A stretch of DNA of 64,000 nt from Macrostomum lignano (taxonomy: Eukaryota). Shown here piece after piece: positions 13,801 to 23,773 of the stretch. Position 1 is the stretch's first letter. Every line of letters begins with the position of its first letter. The stretch spans positions 62,001-126,000 of the forward strand of contig NIVC01000018.1 in assembly GCA_002269645.1 (NCBI GenBank). Reading direction: 5' to 3'. A model generated the notes under the pieces. The model saw nothing but the letters and a program-made list of their open reading frames with translations. It searched no databases and was not told where the DNA came from. Both the position numbers and the translations under genes were made by a program.

Positions 13801-15840
13801 ATCCGGTGCGCCTTTGGCCGCCTGCCAGTTGGAGAGCCTTGGACTCTGTGCCTGCACTCCGCCCTGCTAGGTGCACTGCAAACCGATAAGTACTTCAAGG
13901 TGAGGGAGGCTTAGTTCTGTAATCCTGACCCCAGGGTCCGTGACCCCAGGCGGGTACCTGACCCCAGGGTCCGTTACCGCTGGGTCCCTGACCCCTAGGT
14001 CCCTGACCGCTGGGTCCCTGACCCCTGGGTCCCTGACCCCTGGGTCCCTGACCCCTGAGTCCCTGACCCCTGGGTCCCTGACCCCTGGGTCCCTGACCCC
14101 TGAGTCCCTGACCCCTGGGTCCCTGACTTCCTGGGTCCCTGACTCCTGGGTCCCTGACTCCTGGGTCCCTGACCCCTAGGCCCTGACCCCTAGGCCCTGA
14201 CCCCTAGGTCCCTGACCCCTGGGTCCCTGACCCCTGGGTCCCTGACCCCTGGGTCCCTGACCCCTGAGTCCCTGACCCCTGGGTCCCTGACCCCTGGGTC
14301 CCTGACCCCTGAGTCCCTGACCCCTGGGTCCCTGACTTCCTGGGTCCCTGACTCCTGGGTCCCTGACTCCTGGGTCCCTGACCCCTAGGCCCTGACCCCT
14401 AGGCCCTGACCCCTAGGTCCCTGACCCCTGGGTCCCTGACCCCTGGGTCCCTGACCCCTGGGTCCCTGACCCCTGAGTCCCTGACCCCTGGGTCCCTGAC
14501 TCCTGGGTCCCTGACTCCTGGGTCCCTGACCCCTAGGCCCTGACCCCTAGGCCCTGACCCCTAGGTCCCTGACCCCTGGGTCCCTGACCCCTGGGTCCCT
14601 GACCCCTGGGTCCCTGACCCCTGACTCCCTGACCCCTGGGTCCCCCCTGAGGTCCCTGACCCCTGGGTCCCTGACCCCTGAGTCCCTGACCCCTGGGTCC
14701 CTGGCCCCTAGGTCCCTGACCCCTGGGTCCCTGACCCCTAGGTCCCTGACCCCTGGATCCCTGACCTCTGGGTCCCTGACCTTTAGGTTTTGGGGCCCTG
14801 ACCATAGGTATCATCGTCAGGCTGTGCACATCAAGCCCTAGGCCAACTGATGTGGAATCGAACCCAAGTGACTTTGCACCGGTACTCAATCTCTACACTT
14901 TAATGCTATGCGATTAATCTAGCATCTTACTCTCTAATACAGGAGTCGGCAAGCTCAGGTCTCTATCCTTCCCCCAAGTTTGTCTTTTCTCTCCTCTCCC
15001 CTTTTCCCCTCATCTCTCCTCTCCCCCCTCTCTTCTCTCCTCTCCTCTCTCCTTTCCTCTCCTCTCTCACCTGGCCCTCATCCATACGCCATATTCATCT
15101 ATCTGACCCTTGAAGTAAAAGAAATTTTACCAACCCCTGCTATAAAACTACCGTTTAAACACTTTTGCCAGGTTAAAATCCACGCGGCCTGCGCACTGCT
15201 CACCCTGCAAGAGCGGCGCCAATTCGGCGATCTGGCCGCCGCCTCCGAGCAGCAGCCCAGCAACCCGATGGCTCGCCTGATCGGCTCGGTGATTGGCTGC
15301 GCCCGCCACGTCCGCTCCATGGACATCCCGTTCAGCGAGCAGACTCACAAGACCGTGCTGGACTACCTGCTCTGCCTGCTGCTGCTGCGAGCCTGCTCTC
15401 TGTTATCGCCCGGCGATGCCGACGCTGTGTCGCCCTTGCTAAGCGACGTTGCTAATGACGCTAGCGGCGAGATCGGGCCGATAGATTTGCTGGCCAGTCA
15501 GCTTAGCCGGCTGTGGACAGCGCAGGCCGCTTTGGTCTGGGACAGCGGCGCCCAGGTCCGCCAGGCCTTCTTCCTTGGCCGCGGCGGCGGCTCGTCCGCC
15601 TCTTTGTCGACGTCGACAACTTCGACTGGCGCCGCTGCCTCCCTGCTTGAACCGGATTTCGCTGTCGAAGCGTTGGACGCAGCCGAGGCGAATCTGACGG
15701 CGGCGGCCGGTGCTGCTGCGGGCATCGGTGGCGGCGGCGACTGCTGCCAACGTCTGCTGGAGCTGCTGGCTGGCGCCCGCGCTGAGCAGGCGCTGCACGC
15801 CACCTCGTTGGCGTCGGCCTTTAGACAGACCTACGACTGA
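1544..15840 (+). CDS. HEATR6: HEAT repeat-containing protein 6, 9 exons: 1544-1873, 2510-3012, 6646-6991, 7086-7276, 10183-10461, 11501-11764, 12102-12731, 13465-13899, 15172-15840
   Basis: GT-AG junctions with matching phases, except one -1 discrepancy in exon 3. Motifs recalled from human HEATR6: [10 protein letters not shown] (KKFMFHGLP), AKVR...[33 protein letters not shown] (GSKQFLSVAED..AFTPFS..IACSIRELH), [25 protein letters not shown]|VKIHAA (KNFKVRIRSA). Confidence 0.9.
1950..2345. repeat. 23-bp minisatellite (GAGGGCGTTGCTAAGAATGGTTT)n in HEATR6 intron 1
   Basis: Tandem units visible, period 23. Confidence 0.92.
2510..3012 (+). CDS. HEATR6: HEATR6 exon 2
   Basis: Acceptor TCCCAG|GCC, open helical frame [11 protein letters not shown]...LLTFLIS, donor AG|GTGAGT, phase 2. 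Confidence 0.85.
3058..6553. repeat. Compound 21/24-bp minisatellite (CTGAGAATCGCCCTTTCACCC / CTGAGAATCGCCCCTACACCGCCC) with higher-order structure, HEATR6 intron 2
   Basis: Alternating blocks of 21- and 24-bp units, punctuated four times by the same non-unit insert. Confidence 0.96.
6646..6991 (+). CDS. HEATR6: HEATR6 exon 3 (contains apparent -1 frameshift near 6777)
   Basis: Acceptor TTCAG|G; 5' frame [13 protein letters not shown], 3' frame HEPELDQF...SKKPLKKAR...DLMLNRD; donor G|GTGAAT. Confidence 0.8.
7086..7276 (+). CDS. HEATR6: HEATR6 exon 4
   Basis: TTCAG|AG, ...[34 protein letters not shown]...REPNSR, donor AGG|GTAACG. Confidence 0.88.
7288..9830. repeat. 15-16-bp G-rich minisatellite (GAATGATGCTGAGRGG)n, HEATR6 intron 4
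   Basis: ~2.5 kb of tandem units. Confidence 0.97.
10183..10461 (+). CDS. HEATR6: HEATR6 exon 5 (conserved DUF4042-like region)
   Basis: TTTCAG|[40 protein letters not shown]..., donor AAG|GTGGGA. Confidence 0.92.
10485..10907. repeat. 42-bp near-perfect minisatellite (~10 copies), HEATR6 intron 5
   Basis: TGTGATTTAGTTACTAGCGGGATCCTTGCTGACCAACCTGCC repeated head-to-tail with no spacers. Confidence 0.96.
10908..11420. repeat. 39/44-bp minisatellite (AGATGGGATTCCCGTTACCTCTTCTCACTGAGGCTTCAGCATTC), HEATR6 intron 5
   Basis: Second array abutting the 42-mer array. Confidence 0.92.
11501..11764 (+). CDS. HEATR6: HEATR6 exon 6
   Basis: TCTCAG|[25 protein letters not shown]...[10 protein letters not shown], donor CAG|GTCGGC. 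Confidence 0.82.
11782..12070. repeat. (TG)n/(TGTC)n microsatellite, HEATR6 intron 6
   Basis: Seen directly. Confidence 0.95.
12102..12731 (+). CDS. HEATR6: HEATR6 exon 7
   Basis: CCACAG|AAT, ...[14 protein letters not shown]...[11 protein letters not shown]...[11 protein letters not shown]...[11 protein letters not shown], donor CAG|GTTGGC. Confidence 0.9.
12806..13450. repeat. ~26-bp C-rich minisatellite (CATCTACCCGGTGTACTTTCTCCCCC)n, HEATR6 intron 7
   Basis: Tandem units with variable C-run. Confidence 0.95.
13465..13899 (+). CDS. HEATR6: HEATR6 exon 8
   Basis: CCACAG|GCC, ...[16 protein letters not shown]...[11 protein letters not shown]...TDKYFK, donor AAG|GTGAGG. Confidence 0.9.
13920..14785. 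repeat. 15-bp minisatellite (GGGTCCCTGACCCCT)n, HEATR6 intron 8
   Basis: Tandem units; the GPRGQ ORF on the minus strand is a repeat artefact. Confidence 0.96.
15172..15840 (+). CDS. HEATR6: HEATR6 exon 9 (terminal)
   Basis: TTGCCAG|[13 protein letters not shown]..., stop TGA 15838-15840. Confidence 0.85.
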   Translation, partial: VKIHAACALLTLQERRQFGDLAAASEQQPSNPMARLIGSVIGCARHVRSMDIPFSEQTHKTVLDYLLCLLLLRACSLLSPGDADAVSPLLSDVANDASGEIGPIDLLASQLSRLWTAQAALVWDSGAQVRQAFFLGRGGGSSASLSTSTTSTGAAASLLEPDFAVEALDAAEANLTAAAGAAAGIGGGGDCCQRLLELLAGARAEQALHATSLASAFRQTYD

Positions 15841-15917
15841 GGGGAGGGGGGTTAGTGAGGCATTGAAGTTTTTAGTGGCAGTGTGTGGATTCCTAAGTAG
15901 GCGGTTTTGGTTTCTAC

Positions 15918-16318
15918 ATTGGCAGTTTGTGGATTGTAAAATTGGCAGTTTGTGGATTGTAAAATTGGCAGTTTGTGGATTCTGTAATTGGCAGTTTGTG
16001 GATTCTGTAATTGGCAGTATGTCGAATGCGAAATTTGCAGTTTGTGGATTCTGAAGTTGGCAGTCTGTGGATTCTGTAATTGGCAGTTTGTGGATTCTGT
16101 AATTGGCAGTTTGTGGATTGTAAAATTAGCAGTTTGTGGATTCTGTAATTGGCAGTATGTCGAATGCGAAATTTGCAGTTTGTGGATTCTGAAGTTGGCA
16201 GTCTGTGGATTCTGTAATTGGCAGTTTGTGGATTCTGTAATTGGCAGTTTGTGGATTCTGTAATTGGCAGTTTGTGGATTCTGTAATTGGCAGTTTGTGG
16301 ATTCTGTAATTGGCAGTT
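15918..16318. repeat. 23-bp minisatellite (TTGGCAGTTTGTGGATTCTGTAA)n 3' of HEATR6
   Basis: Tandem units visible. Confidence 0.92.
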
Positions 16319-18806
16319 TACCGGTTACGAATCGGTAGATTCTTAATTAGCAGCTAAGTGTGCACTTAGACATCTGTAGTTCACAGTTCAGTCCCTGCCA
16401 AGGCCTGAAATCTTTCCAATGCCGAGTTATTTTAACCTTTGTTTGTCATAGCCAGTAAATGACAAGTGCAAGGGTCTCAGCAAGTACAGTGAATACACCC
16501 GAGTGCATTTTCTGTGCGCCATTCGCCGCTGCTTTTCCCGCTAAAATTACTTTCTTAAATAACTAGGAGTATTGCATGTATGTGTAGCAAGTCTGTATTT
16601 GAATATTTCACGGAGGTTTTTAAGACTTGTCTTGATTCCTATATATCCATATGTCCTGTTTTGTTTATTACTTAATAGCTAGCCAGGCTTATTATTTTGT
16701 TTAACTTATTATTTTCCATATTTACAAACTTATATTCAATGCTGCCTGTCACCTGTTGTGCCTGACAACTAAACTCTCTCAGATGCTTTCTCACTGATGT
16801 ACTGCAAATATAATGCATTCACGTCTACAGGCACATGCATACACCTGTAACTCGCTACTGCTCAAAGGTAGCATTTCATTTTTCAAGGTTACATGTAGGT
16901 CCGTGATTAACTCTGGTACATAAAATTGCTTGGTCATGTTTTGGCTTGGTTATTTATGCATGTATTTCATAACTTCTGGGGCACTCTTGTGTAGGTATAA
17001 AGCTTTGCGTACAATGTTTTGCACAATGAAGACTGGTCCTCCTAGTTGTGACTTACAGCAGATAATTCAGTCAGCTGCTGTGTTGGGATTTACTATAAAG
17101 TACTTGAAAATTACTTCATTTTCCACACGAAGTCTCCCAGCTCAGAGCTAGTGAGCCTATTAATTTAGAAGTCGACCTATTAAACTATTCGCAGCTATAC
17201 ATAGTGCGACTGAATTTCAAAGAGCAAATGCTAGAAGCGACTAAAATACGTTTAAAGATACCCTCTGACATTTATTTGACCAAACTGTCGGGACCTTTCA
17301 GTTCGCCAGCAATAGAGGGTTCATCTAAAATCAGAGTTTACATATGGGACAAAGGAAAGGCGAGGACTAGGATTCAGGTTAATTTCTCACTCGGTTTTTG
17401 TGCCTTATTTTTTTCTACGGCAGTAACTATGCTTTTAAACAAACACTTACGTTACCAAAAATATTTTGTCATTTAAAATATACAAACAACCACACATACA
17501 GTTCATAGATATGGAATAAATATTAAATATTGCAATATTTACGAGTACTGTAATTCCTCTCGCACAAACTCCAGTTTCTGATCTGATATTTATTCTTTTT
17601 ACTAGAAAGATGATACCAAACTTCCGAAGACAAAATAACAAAATCTGTCCCGTAAAATTTGGCATCAAGCCATGTGATAAAGTTTAGCATTGTGCTCTAC
17701 GTAGAGACGTAGCATGGTGTTTATGCTTTACTTGCTATTGATAAAGTCTTATTTAAGTAGGCCTATGAAAAGCTTGATGCAGAATATTTTCGAGTTAATA
17801 TTTGACCCAGTCCCAGGCCAGTGTTAAGCTGCTAAAAAAATAAAAAGGCCTAATATAAAGCCAATGCCAAAGACCACTGTGCCTTTGTAAGTGGGATGAT
17901 AATTTAGTTGCATCAAAAGCAATGTCTTGGGCCTATAATATACTAATCAATAATATTAGTTCTAATACATTTTATGCTTGGCCTATTTTTCATTTTCTGT
18001 TAGCCTAGGCCTTGTAAAGTAATAAGTTTTTGGAAAGTTGCAAGTTGAAGGCCTATCTATTCTTACCTCTTAGTCTTACTAGCCTAAAGCTAGGGGACTA
18101 TATAGTATATATATTAAGATAGGGTTTACTTAGCAATTAAACAATAGCTTTCCCTAGGCCTAGCCTAGGCAGATGTTATATAAACTTTCTTGGTTGGTGT
18201 CTATTATTATAATTTTTAATCTATAGATGCATATTAGGATCTTTTAAAAAAAATAGGGCCTAGTGTATAAAATAAAATGCTAACTTTAGGTTCTTTTGGT
18301 AGCATAATAGTCTAGAAACAATAGGGACCTCACAAATTTATATTATTTGAAAAAGAAAAAATGTAAAAATTGATTGTGGTGGTAACCCTATTACTTGTCA
18401 CTATATAGAATGGCCATCTAGATAGTCATGCCGTAGGTAACAGCCTTATCTAGATTAATTGACATGTTGAATTCCTTGTCACTAAAGAAGTTTTGCAAAT
18501 ATGAGGTTAAATAAGCAAGATTTTTAAGTTCCCTTTTAAAATATGCAATGAAATAAAACCATAAATATAAATACCTTATATTCAAAATCCTAAATCCACA
18601 GAGTATGCTTCATTAATAATTAAGCCTAGAAGTGAATATATATTAAAAAAGACAAAAATATATAAAAACTCACTATTTGAAGTGTCTAAATCTTTGGAAT
18701 ATGAATGGAGCCACCAACCAATACAATCTTATCAATCAATTTTTTCTCTAGTTCAGTGTTACATAGCAACTTTTTTACATGTTCAAGCATGCAATAAAAC
18801 AAGTTT

Positions 18807-19053
18807 TTAATTTAGCTCTTCAAAGAGTTTCCTCGTAATAGTTGTGTAAAAGTCTATGCCTTTGTATAGACAATCAAGCTCAATCTTGGTCTGGGCAGTG
18901 CTATTGAGGGTTCGCTTAGTTCTCTTATATGTATTATGCAAATGCCATATTGCATGCTGATAATCACTGTTATCCTTCTTGTTCTTGGTTTCAAACTCTA
19001 GAATGAAGTGGTCTACCATCCTATTGTTGAAGTCTTGCTACCTAGATAGGTGA
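18807..19053 (-). pseudogene. Decayed HSP70 (ATPase-domain) fragment
   Basis: [79 protein letters not shown] aligns to canonical [75 protein letters not shown]. Confidence 0.88.
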
Positions 19054-20020
19054 CTAGAACTTACCTACTGAAGACTTTGGGCCAAAGGTGAATCTTTTTT
19101 AAGTAACACCTGCAATAAATGCTTAGGGCTAGTTGCCTCTGACTAACAGGCCCTAGCTTGACCTAGTTATAGGCATTTGCTAGGTTAATTTTCAAGAAGC
19201 AATAACTGCCACCTAGCTTCTATAAGAGCTCCTTTGGTAGCTTTTAGCCAGTAGATTGTCATCTAGCTGTGGGTTTATTATATAAGAGTAGTTACTGCAG
19301 ACTTGAATTTTTACTATGTCAAACTAATGCTAGGCTTTTGCACTAGGACCACTGGCATTCCATAGTTGTTGAAGTCAATTACCTCCCAGATGCCTTTCCT
19401 AATGCCCTTGTCATAGACATGTTCAAGCTCCTTATGGATAGCAAATAGGACTGGCCGGGCCTTTAAAAGATTGGCCATGTATCTAGCTTGAACTTAAGCT
19501 CCAGTTCAAAGTCCTTGAGGCAACTGGCAACATAGTTTATCTTTCCACTCATCTAGGATCTATCCAAAGCTTGTGGCAGGCTTCCTGTAGTGCCTTGTTT
19601 AGCTTCAAGTAGTCAAAAACCACATTGACCAGCTGGTCAAAACTTGCAGTGCCTATCAGTTGATTGACCAAGATTCCCAACCGCTTCATTGCAGTTTGGC
19701 CCAATAGGTTAGGTTAGACACCTGTGTGACATTGGATATATTTTGGATATTGGAGTATATTGGATGCTGTGCTGAGCAGATGACCTAGACAGAGTTGTTT
19801 TGCCAACTAAAGTTCCCAGGACTAGCATGTCATATTGGCTAGCAAACTTGTAGCACCACTTGGTTTCTTCTAGTGGTGGTATCCCTTGCTTCCTCCACAA
19901 AACTTTGTGATAAATTTGCCATTCATCACCATGTTGATTTCTACAACATGATCTTCACCTTGGATGAAAATTGGCATTTCTAGTTTTGGCATCTTGTGGT
20001 TGATGCTTTAGACTATATAT
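19054..20020 (-). mobile_element. Decayed Ty3/gypsy (Mag-like) pol fragment: protease and N-terminal RT
   Basis: Manual minus-strand translation: CLKDFELELKFKLDTWPIF, YDKGIRKGIWEVIDFNNYGMPVV, CSNYSYIINPQL, GGSYCFLKINLANAYN*VKLGPVSQRQLAL, FTFGPKSSVGKF*; many stops and frameshifts. Confidence 0.75.
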
Positions 20021-21930
20021 ATGGCCAAATGATTGCAGATGTGTATCACTGGCTTCTTAGTAGTGGCCTGGTCTGGTGCAAGCTGCTTGGCCTTAAAAAT
20101 AATATAGCAAGTATATACATTTAGCCATATTTTTATAAAGAAAATTGCAATATAAGCCTATCATAAACAGAGCTTTGGCACATTTTGGAGAAATGAAAGT
20201 ATAATTTTCTAACCTTCAATTTTATTATTTCCTCAAGTATATAATTCTCAAAATCCTTTTATTAATCTTTTGTTCTTTTTAATAAACTTCTCTATCCAAT
20301 GTGGATAGAAGAAAGTGGAGCAAAAGTGGCTTTCCTAGATTCTATAATTTCAGTCAATTCTATAACAAAGTAAATTTTAGGAATGCTACTTTGCTTAAGG
20401 AATGCAAGAAACAAAAATATAATTGCAAACATTTGCATTCTTTACAATTGATATTGTTGACAAATATTATTAAAAATATATTTTTTTTATTCACAACATG
20501 TTTTGCTGTAACTTTCAGCATTGTCAGGTGACAATATTTTGTAATAATTTAAAGGTAATAAATTGACTTGACTTCATAAAAATCATAAAACATTACATAT
20601 CTTGAGGGTGTGTCCCAAATGTGTCAAGAGGAAAACTGGAAACTACTCTAGACATTCTAGATAAAAGTGTCACATAAAAAAGGCTGTAACCTTATTGTAT
20701 TGTACAACAAAAAGTGATTTTGCTAGCAATGACTTTATTGCCTTGCAATCTAACAATTACCTAACTTTCCAAATAAGGGATGTCAACCCCAGGGAGTGCT
20801 CCCCAGGGTCCCAAGGAGCTTGTCAGGGAATACTTCTTGGAGAACTGGACTAGAGACCCTGGGGAGAAAAAAACAAAAAAATGCATTTTGAACTTAATTT
20901 TTGCCATTTAAAAAAAGAAAAAGATTCACAGAAAAACACAACACACATTTGAATGTTTTTCACTACAAGTCTTTCAATCAAGCAAATTGCATGTCGAAAC
21001 CCCTCAGGAAAAAGAAGCCTTATTGGCTATTGTATTGGTCTGCATTGAAGGCTAGATGCATTTGACGCAGGCACAGTGCTATCCTGCCTTAATCATTGAT
21101 ACATAGGGGATGCCATACAATAACAAAATACTCCCTATTAGACAAGGACAAAATGGTCTATTTTTTTTTCTATTCAAGGACATTAAATTCTATATTGAAT
21201 AATAGGCTTAAGAAGCCAAGTCAAGTTTAGTATAAGAAATCCCATATTGAATCCTATATTGAATAGGCTTAGGAATATTAATTATTAATAAAGAACATAA
21301 AAAAGATACAGTTAATTTTGTCTAGATTATATAATTTGTTAATTCTTCAATTAGTTTTATGTTGAAACTTTGCATTGAATCCCGCATTAAATTCCACATT
21401 AAAATGTGTCATTTATCAATGTAGTATTTAATACAGTTTTTACGGTGTAGAACTAAAGTTGTATATATCTTAATATTTTTAAGCAGAGGACTAGGCTAGG
21501 CCTAACAATACTGTACTTGCTTATCATTCATTTATTTTGAAGGTAACATATAGCAAGCTAGCATGTGCTACATCAAATTGCTATTTAATGAAGTCTTTAC
21601 CAACATCTAGATTTGACTTTGCAATTGCATAGCAAGATAGTCTCAATTACAATCTAGAACAATGGTAGTGCCAAGTCTGCCCTCACCAAATAAAAGGCAG
21701 CATCAGGAAAGCTTTGTGGATATAGGGAATCAGACTACCTATTATAGAATTTTTGTTATCTGTCTATTAAATCTAGTAGGTGACACTATAATGAATGAGT
21801 GCAGAGTCTAAACTATACAAGTTTTTTGCTATATTGTCAGCTTGCTTCTGCCAGAGACATTATTGTCAGAGGAGGAGAATTTTAATATAGAAATGTTCCT
21901 TAGTGAGGTGGCACTTAACAAATATACTAA

Positions 21931-22515
21931 TGGGATGGGTGTGTCCTCGCGGTTAAGCTACTGGTTTCTTATTTGCTAAGGATTATGAGTGGATTATTAT
22001 CTGTGGTACTGTTTTAATGTTTGTAGTTCGCTGCCACCAGGTTCCTGCTGTTCCCTAATTCTAGCTTTAGGTTTAAAGAACTGAGTCAGGACACCAATTT
22101 AGATTTAGTTAACACAAAAAGTTTTAATAATAAAAAAAATGGAAATGGTTACTTGATTGTACAAAAGTTTGGTTTTACATTAGTTCCTATACTTAAGTTT
22201 TCTGTTGTGCATTGGGCAAGACTCCCAGTTTATAGATTTAGAGGCAAGACTCCTCTGTGCACGCCTAAATTATATTCCTTTTATTTATTTCCCCTTCTTA
22301 CCACTTTTCTTGTGAGTTTTCCAAGTTCGAAGACACTCCAACAACAACAACTTTTCTTTCCCAAGAGCCCAACTGCTCTGTAGTTCTAAAGGAACCCCAA
22401 TTTTATTTACTTACCCCTGCTCTAATTATTTCCCCGGGTTGAAACTACTGATAGTAGGGTAAAAGCATAATTGGACCCACAAAATTTCCCGTTCCTAAAA
22501 TAATGCCCTACTATA
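21931..22515 (-). repeat. 3' LTR
   Basis: Direct repeat of 29697-30281 (8 substitutions, 2 single-base indels); terminal TG changed to TA. Confidence 0.95.
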
Positions 22516-22525
22516 CCTCCCCCTC
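22516..22525 (-). other. Polypurine tract GAGGGGGAGG
   Basis: Abuts the 3' LTR on the minus strand. Confidence 0.85.
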
Positions 22526-23042
22526 GCTACAAAAATGTGCAAAACCCCCTTTTGTACATTGATGATTATATTTATTAACAAAATTTTAGTTACGTAATAA
22601 GTATTAGTGCGCTTATCAGCGATGTACTGAATATAAGGATTAAGTAAGCAACTATTATGAATATGAAAATGTAATGCGTAAACATGAATTCCTAGACAAT
22701 TAGAGTACAATGCAGGATATATAATGAATTATTGATATTAAGTTGCATATTGCTATATTGCTAAAACAAAACAAAAAAAATTTTGCAGCACACTACAACA
22801 ACAAGATATAAGCATAAGTGGTGTGTATCTTATTAGCATCGGGTTGAGTAATGTTGGCACTATTAAGAATAACATGTAGACATATCAAAAATAGAAAATT
22901 GCACACAATGTAAAATGTGGACAGGTCCTTATGTCAAAAAAAGGAAGTGCTATGATTAAGCAAGGCAGCGATTTAATTCAATTTGTCCCAAGAGATGGTA
23001 AAAATAGCCAATATATAGTAAAATGCAATTCGATTACTCTAG

Positions 23043-23771
23043 TTAGATGTCGTGTACAGGCCGAAGATTATTAGTGTTTTGCGCCGATGCATACAATAAG
23101 CCATTGACCAGGATCATTTGGCGTTCCGGGTCGAATTTTCCCGCCAAGAACTCTAGTTGCTCCATGGTGACGCTCATACTGAAGGGGCCGCGTGCATTAC
23201 TTTCCGCATATTGGAGGCAATAGGTACAGGCTATTTCGTAGCACTTAATTGCCTCCTCCTTGGTCGCTGTCGTTAAGAAACACGCGCAGGCCTCGGGTAA
23301 TTCGGTTTCGAACATACCGGTCTTACCCGTCCTTAGTATGTACTTCTTGAGGGCCCGGCGGCAGCATCGAAACTTCCTCTTTTGCTCTCCTGGGTCTACT
23401 TGCGGCTCGGCTGGCTCCTCTGCTGGTTGCTGTCACTCTTCTTCTTCCTCTAATCTGTCTTCCTGCTGGCTTCTTTCCTCATACTGTTGCACCTCTTCCA
23501 TGAATCTGGTCATCTCCTCTCGGAACGCTTCTTCCTCTCTTTCCGTCTCCCTTTCCAACTCTTCCAAGTCTATGTCCACGACCAGTTTTCCTTTGGGCTC
23601 ACCGCCCTCTTCCGGTTGCTCTAATTTCCACTTTTTACCGCTTGTCGCGACACTATCACTTACTTCTTGAACAGCCCTAATTCTTGGGGGTTCATTTTCT
23701 GAAGCTGCCTGTCTTCCTTGTTGGCCATAGATTCGCTTTTTTGGATAGACGCGGATTGGGGCGTCGACCAT
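23043..23771 (-). CDS. Extra ORF3 of the gypsy element, unknown function (242 codons, one in-frame TGA at 23433-23435)
   Basis: ATG 2 nt after the pol stop; ORFs 23433-23771 and 23043-23315 are in the same frame, separated by a single TGA; acidic coiled-coil stretch then a Cys-rich domain. Confidence 0.65.
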
Positions 23772-23773
23772 AG

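Noticed and set aside
14810-14900. Minus-strand GGTTCGATTCC B-box
   Set aside because: No convincing A-box or cloverleaf; at most a SINE remnant, not a tRNA gene.
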